Shown: positions 19,597 through 30,847 of the stretch, piece by piece
Layout: each line of letters starts with the position of its first letter
Numbering within the stretch: the stretch's first letter is position 1
Source of the DNA: a virus
Lineage: Duplodnaviria; Caudoviricetes
IMG/VR virus record: IMGVR_UViG_2513237360_000007
Span: 10,637 to 74,636 of that record
Length of the DNA: 64,000 nt
Strand: one strand, 5' to 3'
Program-made: the position numbers and the translations under genes
The notes under the pieces: model-generated
Databases searched by the model: none
What the model was told of the DNA's origin: nothing
What the model saw: only the letters and a program-made list of their open reading frames with translations

Positions 19597-21658
19597 GTCC
19601 ATGGGCAAACCAAAATACAAACTGCAGATTGTTGATAACATGACGGATGATTTATTGTCCAAAATGTTTGATGACAACTACACTGTATATGTAAAGCCTG
19701 GCATTTACGCCATGTCATCCCGAAAACTTGAAAGCTTAATTAAAATTGCAGAAATTCAAAAGTACTATCAATGTAATCCGGTTCGGTTCATTGATGATTT
19801 CTTCAAAATTGAGTTATTTGATGCACAAGCCCTTGTCATAACAAAAGCTTGGAATTGCCCAAATGTGCTGGTCGTTGCCACTCGTGGATTCGGAAAGTCA
19901 ACCATCATTGATCTTTTGATAATGGCAAAGGATATGCTATTCTCCAACTATTGGTGCTATATTGCATCTGGATCTGGCAGCCAGGCCGAGCAAACATTTG
20001 CAACCCTTGAAAAAATCGCGAATGATAACATTGATGAGATGAAGGGTTCCACGGGTTACATATTCAAAAACGAGGTTGAAATTAAAAATGCTGCTGGCGA
20101 TGGTTTCTCCCACTCAAGCAATGGTTTTACCTATTCAACCTATAACGGCTCAATGACCATGACCCTAAATTCCAACATTGATTCAAAAAGAGGTTTCCGC
20201 GGATCCGTTATTTTTGATGAATGTGGATTCTTATCCGCTGAGATGATAAAAGTCTATGGGGCATTCGCTATTGTAAATAAGAACTTCACTACCGGAAAAG
20301 ATCGTGATGGTAATTCCATTGATCCTATTCGGCAAAGAACTTTTGCTACTAATATTCCCAACCAAAAATTCTACATTAGCTCAGCTTCGTCTACTGATAC
20401 AGAATTCTATCATCTGTACCGTGAGTTTTCCAAAAAACAGCTTATAGGTGATCCCAATTATTGTGTTTTGCACATTGATTGTGAGGTAGCTTTCTCTCCT
20501 ACAATGAAAGGTGAGATCATCTCTCCTCTTCTAAGCCGTGACACGGTAGAAACTGAAATGCGCACAAATCCTGAAAAAGCGCGCCGCGAGTATTACTGTG
20601 AGTTTACTACGGATGCCGGAGTTAAAGCTATTATAAAACGTGGTGTCATAACCCAAAACGAAGAGCTCAGAAAGCCCTTATTATATAATGATACCGGTGA
20701 TAAAAAGTTTATCATTTCGTATGATCCCGCCAGGAGCCGGGACAACTCCGTTATATTGGTTTGTGAAGTATACGAGGAAATGATTAATGGAGAGCTTGAC
20801 ACAAGAATGAGGATCGTCAATTGTATCAATCTGCTTGACGTTGGCAAGAAAAGAAAGTCCCCTATGCAGACGCCTGATCAGGTTGAGTATCTCAAGGAAG
20901 TCATTCTTGATTATAACGCTGGTGCAGATGCATATGGCAATATCATTGGCATATATATTGATGCTGGATCTGGTGGTTCCGGCGTTAATATAGCCGACTA
21001 TTTGATGCCAGATTGGATTGGTACGGATGGTATTTTACATCGTGGATTAATTGACAAGGAGTATTCTGCAGATTATGTCAAAAAATTCCCGAATGCCGTA
21101 GATAAAATACGCCTAATGTCTCCATCGGCATTTAAATCAGAAATGTACGAATGTATGATTGAACTTATGAATCAGAACAAAATCGATTTTACTGCCACTT
21201 ATGATAATAAAGGCTATTTGACTTTATTTGATGTGGATCAAAAAAAGCTAGAAGCCGAAAAGAAACGGATCTCTGATAAATTACATAGCCTGAATATTCA
21301 AGGTAAAAAATTTGATGAGGAATTGAAAAAGGAATTGGCAAATATTGATTCAATAAAAACGAAGTCTATTAAACTGGACTGGCAGGAAGAACTTGCCCTT
21401 AAGAATATTGATGCCTTGAAGGAAGAACTTGTCAATATGATCCGCAAACCAAGGGAATCAGGAAAAGACAGTTTTGAATTATGTCCAGAAAATGCGAACC
21501 GGCTAAATGATGATCGTGCATATACGCTATGTATGGCTTCCTATGCCCTCAGTCTCGAACGTAGAAAAAAGATGATAGACCGGCGTAAAGCACGAAAGAT
21601 TGACTCATCTAGAATGGTGGGCATTTCTAAAAAGGCTAACGTTTGGCGGCGGAGGTGA
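19589..21658 (+). CDS. Terminase large subunit
   Basis: Walker A ATRGFGKS, Walker B VIFDE, nuclease SYDPAR and DDRAY. Confidence 0.92.
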   Translation: MYRSMGKPKYKLQIVDNMTDDLLSKMFDDNYTVYVKPGIYAMSSRKLESLIKIAEIQKYYQCNPVRFIDDFFKIELFDAQALVITKAWNCPNVLVVATRGFGKSTIIDLLIMAKDMLFSNYWCYIASGSGSQAEQTFATLEKIANDNIDEMKGSTGYIFKNEVEIKNAAGDGFSHSSNGFTYSTYNGSMTMTLNSNIDSKRGFRGSVIFDECGFLSAEMIKVYGAFAIVNKNFTTGKDRDGNSIDPIRQRTFATNIPNQKFYISSASSTDTEFYHLYREFSKKQLIGDPNYCVLHIDCEVAFSPTMKGEIISPLLSRDTVETEMRTNPEKARREYYCEFTTDAGVKAIIKRGVITQNEELRKPLLYNDTGDKKFIISYDPARSRDNSVILVCEVYEEMINGELDTRMRIVNCINLLDVGKKRKSPMQTPDQVEYLKEVILDYNAGADAYGNIIGIYIDAGSGGSGVNIADYLMPDWIGTDGILHRGLIDKEYSADYVKKFPNAVDKIRLMSPSAFKSEMYECMIELMNQNKIDFTATYDNKGYLTLFDVDQKKLEAEKKRISDKLHSLNIQGKKFDEELKKELANIDSIKTKSIKLDWQEELALKNIDALKEELVNMIRKPRESGKDSFELCPENANRLNDDRAYTLCMASYALSLERRKKMIDRRKARKIDSSRMVGISKKANVWRRR

Positions 21659-21703
21659 TCTCTCGCTGTTTTATTATGCTTTGAAAGGAAGTGATTTTAC
21701 CTA

Positions 21704-23314
21704 TTGAATAAAACAGTTATAGCTTCAACAAACAAAGTCAAGGCGAAAATACCCGATGGAAATCTCACTTCCACCAACAAATCGCATGGACAAATAATAA
21801 ACTATTCTGAGTTGAAGAAATTACTTCTTCAGAATGTAGGAAAAACAACTAATCGTACCTATGTTCAGTATACCAAAGATAACATTCAAACATATCTACG
21901 TTCACCATTATCAAACCTCGATAATATTAGATTAGTCTCACAATTCTTATATAGAGTTTCTGCTCCCTACAAAATTATCGTCAATTACTTTGCCAATCTC
22001 GGTACTTTTTCCTATAACACAATTTACAAAACTGACATAACTAAGTCTTCTTCAGAAAAGAACAAAATGTTGAAGTCATATCAAGAGACACTTAGAAGGT
22101 TAGAATCAATACGCTTCAAAGATGAGTTACCCAGTGTAATAGCTACTGCCATTAGAGATGGTGCCTTTTTTGGATTCTGCTGTGACAATGAGGATACTTT
22201 CTTTATAAATGCATTAGATCCAAAATATTGTAAAGTATCTTCCTTACAGAACGGAGTTTACGATTTTTCATTTAATGCATCATTTTTTGATCAGGGCACA
22301 AACAAATATTATATTGATAGTGACCTCAATCCTGATGGCCTTTGGGATCAAGTATTCATAGATGGTTACAACACATATAAATCACAAGGACGGGATTATA
22401 TGTGGTTTGATATCCCCCCCGAAAAGGGGATTTGTATCATTGCCGGTGATGATGCTATATGCCCACTACCTTATTTTCTTAGTGTCTTTAATGACTTATT
22501 AGATTTACTGGATTACCAGGACCTGATAAAAAGTAAAACCGAGTTAGAGAACACAGTATTGCTTATTAGCAAGATTCCTCTTTTGGATGGATCCAATGAG
22601 GTAAATGACTTTTCGGTTGATTTGGATCTGGTACAAGCTACTCAGGCCGTCATCGATGAAGTGGTTCCGTCTTTAGTGGCAACAGCCTATAGTCCCTGCG
22701 AAGTTGATAAAATTGAATTCAACAATGACAATCAGGTTCAGCAGACCAATATATATGGACAGGCGCTCTCTAACCTTATGAGTAATATTGGCCTAAGTGA
22801 AATGTTATTCAATCCAGATAAAAATGGATCTGTTGGGTTAAATGCATCGATTAAGGAAGATGAAATGGTATTCTTCCGGTTTCTTAGCCGGTTAGAATCA
22901 TGGGTAAGCCGATATCTGCAGCTCAATATATCTGAAGACTACCTCTTCTATTTCCATCAAATAACCTACTACAGCCGTAATGAATATGCCGGCAAACTTA
23001 AAGAAGCTGCTACTCTTGGTGTACCTGTAAAGATGGACTATGGAATTGTGCTTGGTTTTACACCTCTTCAACTTGTCCAAAAAACTCATTTCGAGAATGC
23101 TCTTGATTTAAGTTCTCTTTGGACCCCACTCATATCTTCTTATAATGAAGCATCTCAGGAAAAAAGTGGTGCTCCGAAAAAGGACGATGAGGCATTAACG
23201 GATGAAGGGGCATCTAGCAGGGATGATGGTAAGAATGAAGGGACTGCTGCCAAGAAGGCACTAAACTCATCTCCCGCACGAGGACGCGGACGTCCCAGAA
23301 AAACGAAGGAGTAA
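21704..23314 (+). CDS. Portal protein
   Basis: Size and position after TerL; SPbeta YonE-like layout. Confidence 0.75.
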   Translation: MNKTVIASTNKVKAKIPDGNLTSTNKSHGQIINYSELKKLLLQNVGKTTNRTYVQYTKDNIQTYLRSPLSNLDNIRLVSQFLYRVSAPYKIIVNYFANLGTFSYNTIYKTDITKSSSEKNKMLKSYQETLRRLESIRFKDELPSVIATAIRDGAFFGFCCDNEDTFFINALDPKYCKVSSLQNGVYDFSFNASFFDQGTNKYYIDSDLNPDGLWDQVFIDGYNTYKSQGRDYMWFDIPPEKGICIIAGDDAICPLPYFLSVFNDLLDLLDYQDLIKSKTELENTVLLISKIPLLDGSNEVNDFSVDLDLVQATQAVIDEVVPSLVATAYSPCEVDKIEFNNDNQVQQTNIYGQALSNLMSNIGLSEMLFNPDKNGSVGLNASIKEDEMVFFRFLSRLESWVSRYLQLNISEDYLFYFHQITYYSRNEYAGKLKEAATLGVPVKMDYGIVLGFTPLQLVQKTHFENALDLSSLWTPLISSYNEASQEKSGAPKKDDEALTDEGASSRDDGKNEGTAAKKALNSSPARGRGRPRKTKE

Positions 23315-23317
23315 AAT

Positions 23318-23503
23318 ATGCCCCAACCCTTTATAAAAACAAGCGACTGTGAAACGGCCAAACGGCTATTGGATTCTGGATTCGTTTTGATTTCAGAAGT
23401 TGCTGGTATATACACATTCGTAAATGATGCTTCTAAATCAATAGATGTAAAGTTTGCAAATGATCTCAAAAAGCTTAGTTTTTCTAACAAGCTTGAAATC
23501 TAG
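23318..23503 (+). CDS. Small hypothetical phage protein
   Basis: AAGGAG SD; FIKTSDCETAKRLLDSGF. Confidence 0.65.
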   Translation: MPQPFIKTSDCETAKRLLDSGFVLISEVAGIYTFVNDASKSIDVKFANDLKKLSFSNKLEI

Positions 23504-23543
23504 TCCCCATATTCTGGGCAAATCTGCAGAAAGGAGGTAAAGC

Positions 23544-25169
23544 TTGAAGGAAAAATTACTTACTTTAGATAATCTCTATGAATTCTTTCTTAAACAAAAT
23601 AAAGACATTCAGTTTTGCGCTAAGACATCTGGTTCGGATGGTATATGTGTACAAGTCCCCGCCTATTTTTCAGCTTCAACGGAATCGGCTAAAGGGCTGA
23701 TGCCTGTACATATGAAAGTATGCCATACCAAACTCAATCGCAACAACTCATTTATTTCAGAAGAAAATATGAACAAGGCACTCCCCTCTCTCTTCAACAG
23801 GCCAATACTTGGTCACATAATCGTGAATGATGATGGAGTTGCTGATTTTCATGCACATGATATGGAAATCAATGAGGATGACACGATTACATATATCGAA
23901 AGACCTGTAGGGGTCTTCCCTGAGTCATGCAACGCCCGCCTTGAATACGACAGTATCAATAAAAAGACTTATGTCCTTGCTGATGGGTATGTATATGAAG
24001 ATTATGGGAACCAGGCTGCTTCCATATTAAGAAAATCCGGCTCCAAGAAAATGAGCTGTGAACTGGTGGTAAATGAGTTTTCATTTAATGCAAAAGACAA
24101 ATATTTAGAAATTACTGACTTTTATTTTAATGGAGCAACAATTCTTGGAACAGATCCCGATACTGGTATCGAAATCGGAGAAGGAATGGTTGGAAGCGAG
24201 ATATCTATAGAAAGCTTCAGTAAACAAAATAATAGCCACTTCTCTTCCATTCCTGGTGATGAAGAGAAATATAATTGTCTGCTTGAAAGACTTAATCAGG
24301 CCATCATGGCTATAGAAGAATTAAAAACCCAGCAAGAAAATTTGAAAGGCGGTGAAAATTTGACAAAATTTGATGAATTACTTGCTAAATACGATGTGGA
24401 TTTAAAGGATATAGAATTTGAATATGAAGGTTTAACAGATACAGAACTCGAAGCCGCCTTTGCTATGGCTTTTGACAGTATCACAGATAATTCTAACATG
24501 GAATCAAATCCGGATACTCCTCTAAATGATACGTTTGAGCATGACAATCCGTTACCAACAAAAAAACTTAATACAGTTAACAACATGACCAACATTAGTT
24601 TTGAATTGTCGCACGAAGACATCAGATACGCACTATATAAGCTAATTGAACCCTTTGATGAAATGGACAATGATTATTATTACATATCTGCTGTCTATAA
24701 TGATTATTTTGCTTTTGAGGGGTGGGCAAGCGGCCGGATCTGGGGACAGAAATATACACAAGAAAAAGATAATATTTCGCTTGATGGAGAACGGTATGAA
24801 CTTTATAAGGAGCTCCTAACGGCATCAGAAAAAGCAGAATTAGAATCCATGCGTTCTAATTACTCTGTTTATGAAAAGAAGTTGAATGAGTATGAACTGA
24901 ACAGCAGCCGCAATGAGAAGCTGACCATATTAAAAGATGAAAAATATTCTGTTCTTACAGGAGATGAAGCATTTAAAACACTTACAAATGACATTGACAA
25001 CTACTCGGTTAAAGAACTTGAAGATAAAGCAAAGATTTTGCTTGCTGAGTATGTCCTCAAGGAGGGAACATTCTCTTATAAACCAAAAACAACCAACCGC
25101 GTTGCCTTCAATCTAACCGACATTGAAGATAAACCATATGGTTCTCTATTTGATGATTTAGAGCCCTAA
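23544..25169 (+). CDS. Prohead protease/scaffold fusion (YonD-like)
   Basis: N-terminal NRN.SFI / KMSCE protease-like motifs, acidic coiled-coil C-terminus, position between portal and capsid. Confidence 0.7.
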   Translation: MKEKLLTLDNLYEFFLKQNKDIQFCAKTSGSDGICVQVPAYFSASTESAKGLMPVHMKVCHTKLNRNNSFISEENMNKALPSLFNRPILGHIIVNDDGVADFHAHDMEINEDDTITYIERPVGVFPESCNARLEYDSINKKTYVLADGYVYEDYGNQAASILRKSGSKKMSCELVVNEFSFNAKDKYLEITDFYFNGATILGTDPDTGIEIGEGMVGSEISIESFSKQNNSHFSSIPGDEEKYNCLLERLNQAIMAIEELKTQQENLKGGENLTKFDELLAKYDVDLKDIEFEYEGLTDTELEAAFAMAFDSITDNSNMESNPDTPLNDTFEHDNPLPTKKLNTVNNMTNISFELSHEDIRYALYKLIEPFDEMDNDYYYISAVYNDYFAFEGWASGRIWGQKYTQEKDNISLDGERYELYKELLTASEKAELESMRSNYSVYEKKLNEYELNSSRNEKLTILKDEKYSVLTGDEAFKTLTNDIDNYSVKELEDKAKILLAEYVLKEGTFSYKPKTTNRVAFNLTDIEDKPYGSLFDDLEP

Positions 25170-25178
25170 TCTGATTTT

Positions 25179-25202
25179 GAAAGCTTAAGAGCTTTCTTTT
25201 TT
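25179..25202 (+). terminator. Rho-independent terminator
   Basis: GAAAGCT-TAAG-AGCTTTC followed by a T run. Confidence 0.55.
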
Positions 25203-25230
25203 ATTGTCAAAATGAAAGGAGATATTTTTT

Positions 25231-25740
25231 ATGACTAATTATAATTTAGGAGCTACACATGGCGCGGTTGAAACCTCACTTATGCTCGCCACAAATGGTG
25301 GTGCACATATTTTAAACCTGCGCGCTCACGAAGATATTGATAACGGTAATGTTGTTGCATTAGGTGATCATGATGCCAAAAATCTTGATGTATGGTATTC
25401 CAAGTCTCCAGCTGCGACCGACCACGTTTTTTTAGTAGGAACATCCGTTGTTATTTATGAAGATTATACCGAAATGTTCCAAGATGAGGCCCGGTTTTAC
25501 AATGCCAAAGATGACGTTATGCGATGCTACGATATGAAGCCATATGATAAGTTTGCTATTTCAAAGGAAGCATTGGGTACAAATGCGGATGATGCCGCAA
25601 TTGGAAAGTACCTGATTCTTGAAGCTGGCAAAACAAAACTTCAGGTCGCAGATGCCCCTGGTGACAGTGCATTTGCTGCTCATGTGTATGACATTGCAAC
25701 TAATGGGAAGTACCGTGCCATGGTACTTAAAAACGCCTAA
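25231..25740 (+). CDS. Head decoration-like protein
   Basis: Position upstream of major capsid; IDNG..V.LG motif. Confidence 0.55.
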   Translation: MTNYNLGATHGAVETSLMLATNGGAHILNLRAHEDIDNGNVVALGDHDAKNLDVWYSKSPAATDHVFLVGTSVVIYEDYTEMFQDEARFYNAKDDVMRCYDMKPYDKFAISKEALGTNADDAAIGKYLILEAGKTKLQVADAPGDSAFAAHVYDIATNGKYRAMVLKNA

Positions 25741-25759
25741 TGAAAGAGGTATTTGAATA

Positions 25760-26863
25760 ATGAGATTAGACTTTAATTACGATGCATGCGCTGACAACAT
25801 CAAGGCCGTGTTCAGTGCTCCCGATTACATAGAATTTTCAAAATTATGTTCTGATACCGTTAAGGGAGCTGTAGTCAAATATAGTACAGAGGATGCTAAT
25901 AGAATAATCCTGAAAAATGTACGCAAGGTAATGGGAATTAGCAATAATCCTACCATTAGAGAAGTAAAGAAATCACTGAAGAAAACCGCTAATAGGGAAG
26001 CAATGTTTGAGTTAGTTGCCGAGACTATTGAGGATACGATCATTACTGGCTGGCAGGATCAACCGTTTTTTGTTAAGTATGTAGAGTACCGTACAATGGC
26101 TTTGGGGCAGAGCAATCGGTTCTCCGTACCGGAAAATACTGATTTCATTGTAAGTGAGATTTCCGCAAGTAACCACATGATCACTCGTCAGAGACCTGGA
26201 AAGGGTAAAGAGTTTACCGTAAGTGTTAAGTCTTATGGTGCAAAATTCTATTGCGAGGCTGAGGCTTACTTAATGGGACTTGAAGATTGGTCTGCTTTAA
26301 TCGAAAAGATTGCTAAAGCCTATACTAAACGCATCAATACTTTAATCTATTCCGCAATTAAGTCTGCCGGTAAAATGCTGCCTAATCCAGATCAGTGGAA
26401 TATTGCATCTCAGATGCAGAAGGCTGACAGAAAGAACTTTGATAAACTTTGCCAAGATGTAGCCATGGCTACTGGCAAACAGCCCATTATTATAGGTACA
26501 GCTGTTGGCTTAGCACGCCTTACAGACATGGCCGATGTTGACTGGGCACCGGAAAGTGCAAAGTCGGATGTTTACAGTCTTGGGCGCCTTGGAAAATGGA
26601 CTAAATATGATATCATTGAAATCCCAAATGCCTTTGAGGACAATGACACCAGTAAATATTTGGTAGATGATGATATCCTATACATTATGCCCGATAGCGG
26701 ACAATTCATTAAGTGGTATGATGAAGGCGATACTGAGATTTATGAAATCACAGATAGGGCTACTCATATGGATCACACTTATGACTACGAGATCAGCCGT
26801 AAGTTTGGCCTGGGTATAGTAACTGCCGGTACAAGGTTTGGTACGGTTAAAATAGCCGACTAA
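25760..26863 (+). CDS. Major capsid protein (YonB-like)
   Basis: 367 aa HK97-fold-type size and position in head module. Confidence 0.75.
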   Translation: MRLDFNYDACADNIKAVFSAPDYIEFSKLCSDTVKGAVVKYSTEDANRIILKNVRKVMGISNNPTIREVKKSLKKTANREAMFELVAETIEDTIITGWQDQPFFVKYVEYRTMALGQSNRFSVPENTDFIVSEISASNHMITRQRPGKGKEFTVSVKSYGAKFYCEAEAYLMGLEDWSALIEKIAKAYTKRINTLIYSAIKSAGKMLPNPDQWNIASQMQKADRKNFDKLCQDVAMATGKQPIIIGTAVGLARLTDMADVDWAPESAKSDVYSLGRLGKWTKYDIIEIPNAFEDNDTSKYLVDDDILYIMPDSGQFIKWYDEGDTEIYEITDRATHMDHTYDYEISRKFGLGIVTAGTRFGTVKIAD

Positions 26864-26924
26864 TTTGACGTGGCAACTGTCAAAGGATGGTTGCCGCCAT
26901 TTTATTGATATAAAGGAGATAATA

Positions 26925-27461
26925 ATGCCAGCAAGACAAACAACAGCCAGAAAGCCAGCCGCCAAGGCGGATCCTGCAAACTCCGAACAGCTTGAAGTGG
27001 TAAAGCAGAAAGAATTCAAACCCGGTGATATGATCCCCTGCCGCTCCTACTTCTTAGGAAGGCTAACTTTTAATGGTGAATCAGGCGTCCATTACTTTTG
27101 GGCTAAAATGGGTGATGTCAAATATGTTCAATATGTGGATTTAAAAACTGCATTTATGGAGACATCCGATTATATATTTGAGCCACTTCTTATTATTGAA
27201 GATGAGGATTTCTTAAATGATCCATTTTTCCAGGAGCTGCATGAAATATACGAAAAGCTATGGAGTGAAGATGATATAAATACTTTTCTCTCCCTTCCTA
27301 ATCAGAAATTTGAAAATGAATTAAGATCTGCCCCCGCGGTCCTCAAGAACCTGATTAAATCTAAGGTTGGTAGTCTGGTTTCCAAGAATAACTTTGATAG
27401 TATTAAAAAGATTGAGATCATTGATTCTATCTGCGGGACCGATTTTAAAGCAATGATCTAA
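26925..27461 (+). CDS. Head morphogenesis hypothetical protein
   Basis: AAAGGAG SD; position after capsid. Confidence 0.7.
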   Translation: MPARQTTARKPAAKADPANSEQLEVVKQKEFKPGDMIPCRSYFLGRLTFNGESGVHYFWAKMGDVKYVQYVDLKTAFMETSDYIFEPLLIIEDEDFLNDPFFQELHEIYEKLWSEDDINTFLSLPNQKFENELRSAPAVLKNLIKSKVGSLVSKNNFDSIKKIEIIDSICGTDFKAMI

Positions 27462-27477
27462 GTCAGAGGGTGGCCAT

Positions 27478-27945
27478 ATGACACTCTTTTATGAAGATAT
27501 ATTCTCATATTTTTTGGGAAAGCAAAAAGACTATAAACTGATATCTCTTCCTGAAGAGATGGCAAATGAAAATATGTGTGAATGGCTCCATGCAGCTGCC
27601 TCAAAACCATATGTGAGAAAATTGTTCAAAGAATTTACAATGAGCGATGAGACAACCAAAATTGATGCTGTTCTATTCCAAAGCATTGACGATAACTTTG
27701 ATTCAGATTTTATTGTAGATATTCTTTCGCTAGGAATGCTGGTTGAATGGATGCGTCCAAAGTTAAATTCAACAGAAAATCTGGAGCAAATGTACGGTGG
27801 TAAAGAAGAAAAATTCTATTCCCAATCCAACCACTTAGCCCAATTGCAAAGCCGGAATAGAGAAATCAAGAATGATCAACGCAAATTAATCAGAAGTTTC
27901 GGGTACGACTATGACGTTATCTCAAAGAGAGGGGAACAAAAGTGA
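27478..27945 (+). CDS. Putative head-tail adaptor
   Basis: Synteny; KEEKFYSQSNHL motif. Confidence 0.55.
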   Translation: MTLFYEDIFSYFLGKQKDYKLISLPEEMANENMCEWLHAAASKPYVRKLFKEFTMSDETTKIDAVLFQSIDDNFDSDFIVDILSLGMLVEWMRPKLNSTENLEQMYGGKEEKFYSQSNHLAQLQSRNREIKNDQRKLIRSFGYDYDVISKRGEQK

Positions 27946-28253
27946 AGCATATATATGGAACTTTTTCGGCTGAACAGATTCATCAGCAGAAGGAGAATCT
28001 GCATAATTCCATCCACTGGCTTTTGCTTTACAAAGAACAACAGTATCCCCATTTATCAAGTTATATAAAGTCTTTGATGATACGCATATCTGGATTGAAC
28101 AAGCTTTTAAACGAACCTGCCGAATTAGTCACTTTACTAAGCCTTCTACAAGCCATAAGGGATATGAATGATTCTCCCGATTGTGACTTTAAAATGTACA
28201 GAAAATTAGTGCTTGATGCGCACTCTATAACCGACATGATAAAGGAGGAATAA
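27942..28253 (+). CDS. Hypothetical virion morphogenesis protein
   Basis: Overlapping GTG start, synteny. Confidence 0.65.
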   Translation: MKHIYGTFSAEQIHQQKENLHNSIHWLLLYKEQQYPHLSSYIKSLMIRISGLNKLLNEPAELVTLLSLLQAIRDMNDSPDCDFKMYRKLVLDAHSITDMIKEE

Positions 28254-28254
28254 C

Positions 28255-29469
28255 ATGCCTTCATTATCTAAGTTAAAGGAGATATACAGAAATCAAGATG
28301 GATCAGCTGTGTCCCTGGGAGAAATACGCAGTGAAGCATCAGATCTTATCATGGAGTCAACGTGGGATGGTGATCCTCAAAGTCGCATTGCTTACATATA
28401 TGACTATTTTCATGATAACGAATCATCTATGGCATATAAGCTGAACTCACCAAAAGATTCATTGAAGATACCCGTTCACATTAAATTCATCGTACATTCC
28501 TACAACGCAGATGGAAAAGACCAGGTTAGTTACCACATACAGTTTAAGCCATCATATTCCTGTTCACTTGATTATTATGAGCAATCATATGAAAAGAAAT
28601 ATGGAGCCCAGTTTCCTATTGGACTTTATATTGATATCCCCGATAGAAAAGGCTCTTATCGCCGTTGGTTAATAGCCGAGGACGGAAGTCGCTATGATCT
28701 TTCTTTTGATAAGTACTGTGTTTATCCGACAAATTATTTATTACATTGGATCGATGAAAGTGGCAGTTCAAGATTGCTCCGGCATATGTGGGCTGTTGAA
28801 AGAATGAGAAACAGTTACAACGCAGGGGTTTATACAGATAGAGTTTTTACACGAGTGGAGAACCAAACAGTATTATGGCTTCCTATGAATTCCATTTCAG
28901 AAAAACTGACATATGATAAACGGCTTATAGTCTCTGCACCAATTGACTGTCCATTAACATGGGCGGTAAGTAAGGTAGAAAATACTTTGCCGTATGGTAT
29001 AAATCGCTTGGTACTTTATCAAGACACATTTAACCGCGATATTGATTATGTCAATCTTGACACCGGCGAAATGTATGCTGATTACTATTTATCACCCATC
29101 TCTCCTACCCTGCCATCTGATTCCTCTGTCTCTGGCATTCACGGTAACATGATCGTTAGTACAAAGAACATACGAGTTGGTGGAGGCCATAAGAAGGTAC
29201 AAGTGCAATGGATGAATCCGAATGGTTCTGAAAACAAATCTATTACAACTATGATCAATGACTGGAATTTCTCAATTGATAACAATGATGTTTCTAACTT
29301 AGTTGATATGATCCCCGTTTATGATTCTGATAATAATATCCTACCAAATGTGATCAAGATACAGTTTTTAGGTGACTTCAATTATCTCACCAAAATACTT
29401 ATGGTAGAAGCTCATAACCCTGCAGGTGATGAGAAGGCATATATTGGACTTGAGATTTTAAGTTTATAA
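28255..29469 (+). CDS. Putative head-closure/neck protein
   Basis: Synteny between head and tail genes. Confidence 0.5.
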   Translation: MPSLSKLKEIYRNQDGSAVSLGEIRSEASDLIMESTWDGDPQSRIAYIYDYFHDNESSMAYKLNSPKDSLKIPVHIKFIVHSYNADGKDQVSYHIQFKPSYSCSLDYYEQSYEKKYGAQFPIGLYIDIPDRKGSYRRWLIAEDGSRYDLSFDKYCVYPTNYLLHWIDESGSSRLLRHMWAVERMRNSYNAGVYTDRVFTRVENQTVLWLPMNSISEKLTYDKRLIVSAPIDCPLTWAVSKVENTLPYGINRLVLYQDTFNRDIDYVNLDTGEMYADYYLSPISPTLPSDSSVSGIHGNMIVSTKNIRVGGGHKKVQVQWMNPNGSENKSITTMINDWNFSIDNNDVSNLVDMIPVYDSDNNILPNVIKIQFLGDFNYLTKILMVEAHNPAGDEKAYIGLEILSL

Positions 29470-29479
29470 GGAGTATTGT

Positions 29480-30067
29480 ATGGGAGTATTTATAACGAAT
29501 CCTCAACCAACTATGGATTTCACAAAATTCCTGTCTCTTCCAGATTCAGATAATATCAGAATTAAAGATATTATAAAAAAGAAGATACTGGCAAATAACG
29601 ATATATTATATTTGCTTAATGCCGCCGAGGATGATTATGAAGCAGAGGACTTTTTTGGAAAATATGTATTACCCTGCTATATTGTAGATAGTTCAAACGC
29701 GGAAGTGCACAACTACCTGTGCTTTGAAACTTCATTCTTTGAAACACCTAGATATAGTGAAATATATAAAACCATGCAAATTATATTTTATATATGCATA
29801 AATAAGTCTGACATTATTCACCCACAAAGCGGTATAGCCCGCCATGATTTAATATCTGCGTTGTTAACCAGAGACATTAATTGGTCTGAAGCCTTTGGAA
29901 TGAAATGTAAAATTGTTCAAGACAAGGCCAGTACTACTGACCTTAACTACGCCACCAGAACACTAATATTTGAATGCGAACTCCCCAATGGAATTGCCAA
30001 GACAGACATGACAAATGGTGAAACCTATTTCTGTAATAATGATCCAGATGAGGAGTGGTATGCATGA
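29480..30067 (+). CDS. Putative tail terminator/completion protein
   Basis: Synteny; RHDLISALL motif. Confidence 0.5.
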   Translation: MGVFITNPQPTMDFTKFLSLPDSDNIRIKDIIKKKILANNDILYLLNAAEDDYEAEDFFGKYVLPCYIVDSSNAEVHNYLCFETSFFETPRYSEIYKTMQIIFYICINKSDIIHPQSGIARHDLISALLTRDINWSEAFGMKCKIVQDKASTTDLNYATRTLIFECELPNGIAKTDMTNGETYFCNNDPDEEWYA

Positions 30068-30816
30068 GCTTATTCTCATCCGGAAGTGAAGAACTGCGCA
30101 TATACCGTGGGGAGGATTATGTAATCAATGAACATATCGTTGTCCATACTCCAACACTTGATGAAATATGCAATTATGGTGAAGATGAATACTTTTCGCT
30201 CATTCATTTTCTAGCTGCTACTCCCACCGATCTATGCTATCAGTTATGGGACCTTGGATTTGATTATACGACCATCTCTGACTATGTTCTTTTTTCGCAG
30301 CTTATATCTAAGATGTTCCCACCAGAAAAAACATCTATTATTTTCGGCAGACTGGATTTCACAAAATTCCGTCTGAAAGCTCATCCAAATAATAAAGGTG
30401 AGATCGTTATGGAGTATCCTGATGGTAGCTGGTATATTGACGAATGTACATATGAAATTCTTGTTGATTACCTACGCAAAGTACATTTTCTAGAAAAGAA
30501 TGTAGCCATACCAGCTAATGAAAGTACGAAGATGGTTTTAATAGAAGATGCTCGTGATGAAGCTTTGATTAAAAGCCGTAATCATAAGCATTCCTCTTTA
30601 CTAAACATGATATCAGCCATGGTCAATAGCGAAGGATTTAAGTATAACCATAATGAAGTATGGAATCTTAAAATAAACGTATTCATGGATAGTGTTATGA
30701 GGATAGGGAAAATAAAAAATGCAAGCCTGTTACTTCAAAGTGGGTATTCAGGTTTTGGAATAAATTTAAAAGAAGTTGATCAAAAACAACTCAATTGGAT
30801 GGGCGGTTTATACTAA
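30064..30816 (+). CDS. Hypothetical tail-module protein
   Basis: ATG overlapping the upstream stop; synteny. Confidence 0.65.
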   Translation: MSLFSSGSEELRIYRGEDYVINEHIVVHTPTLDEICNYGEDEYFSLIHFLAATPTDLCYQLWDLGFDYTTISDYVLFSQLISKMFPPEKTSIIFGRLDFTKFRLKAHPNNKGEIVMEYPDGSWYIDECTYEILVDYLRKVHFLEKNVAIPANESTKMVLIEDARDEALIKSRNHKHSSLLNMISAMVNSEGFKYNHNEVWNLKINVFMDSVMRIGKIKNASLLLQSGYSGFGINLKEVDQKQLNWMGGLY

Positions 30817-30847
30817 CTCATCCCTTTTCTTTGAAAGGAGACAAATT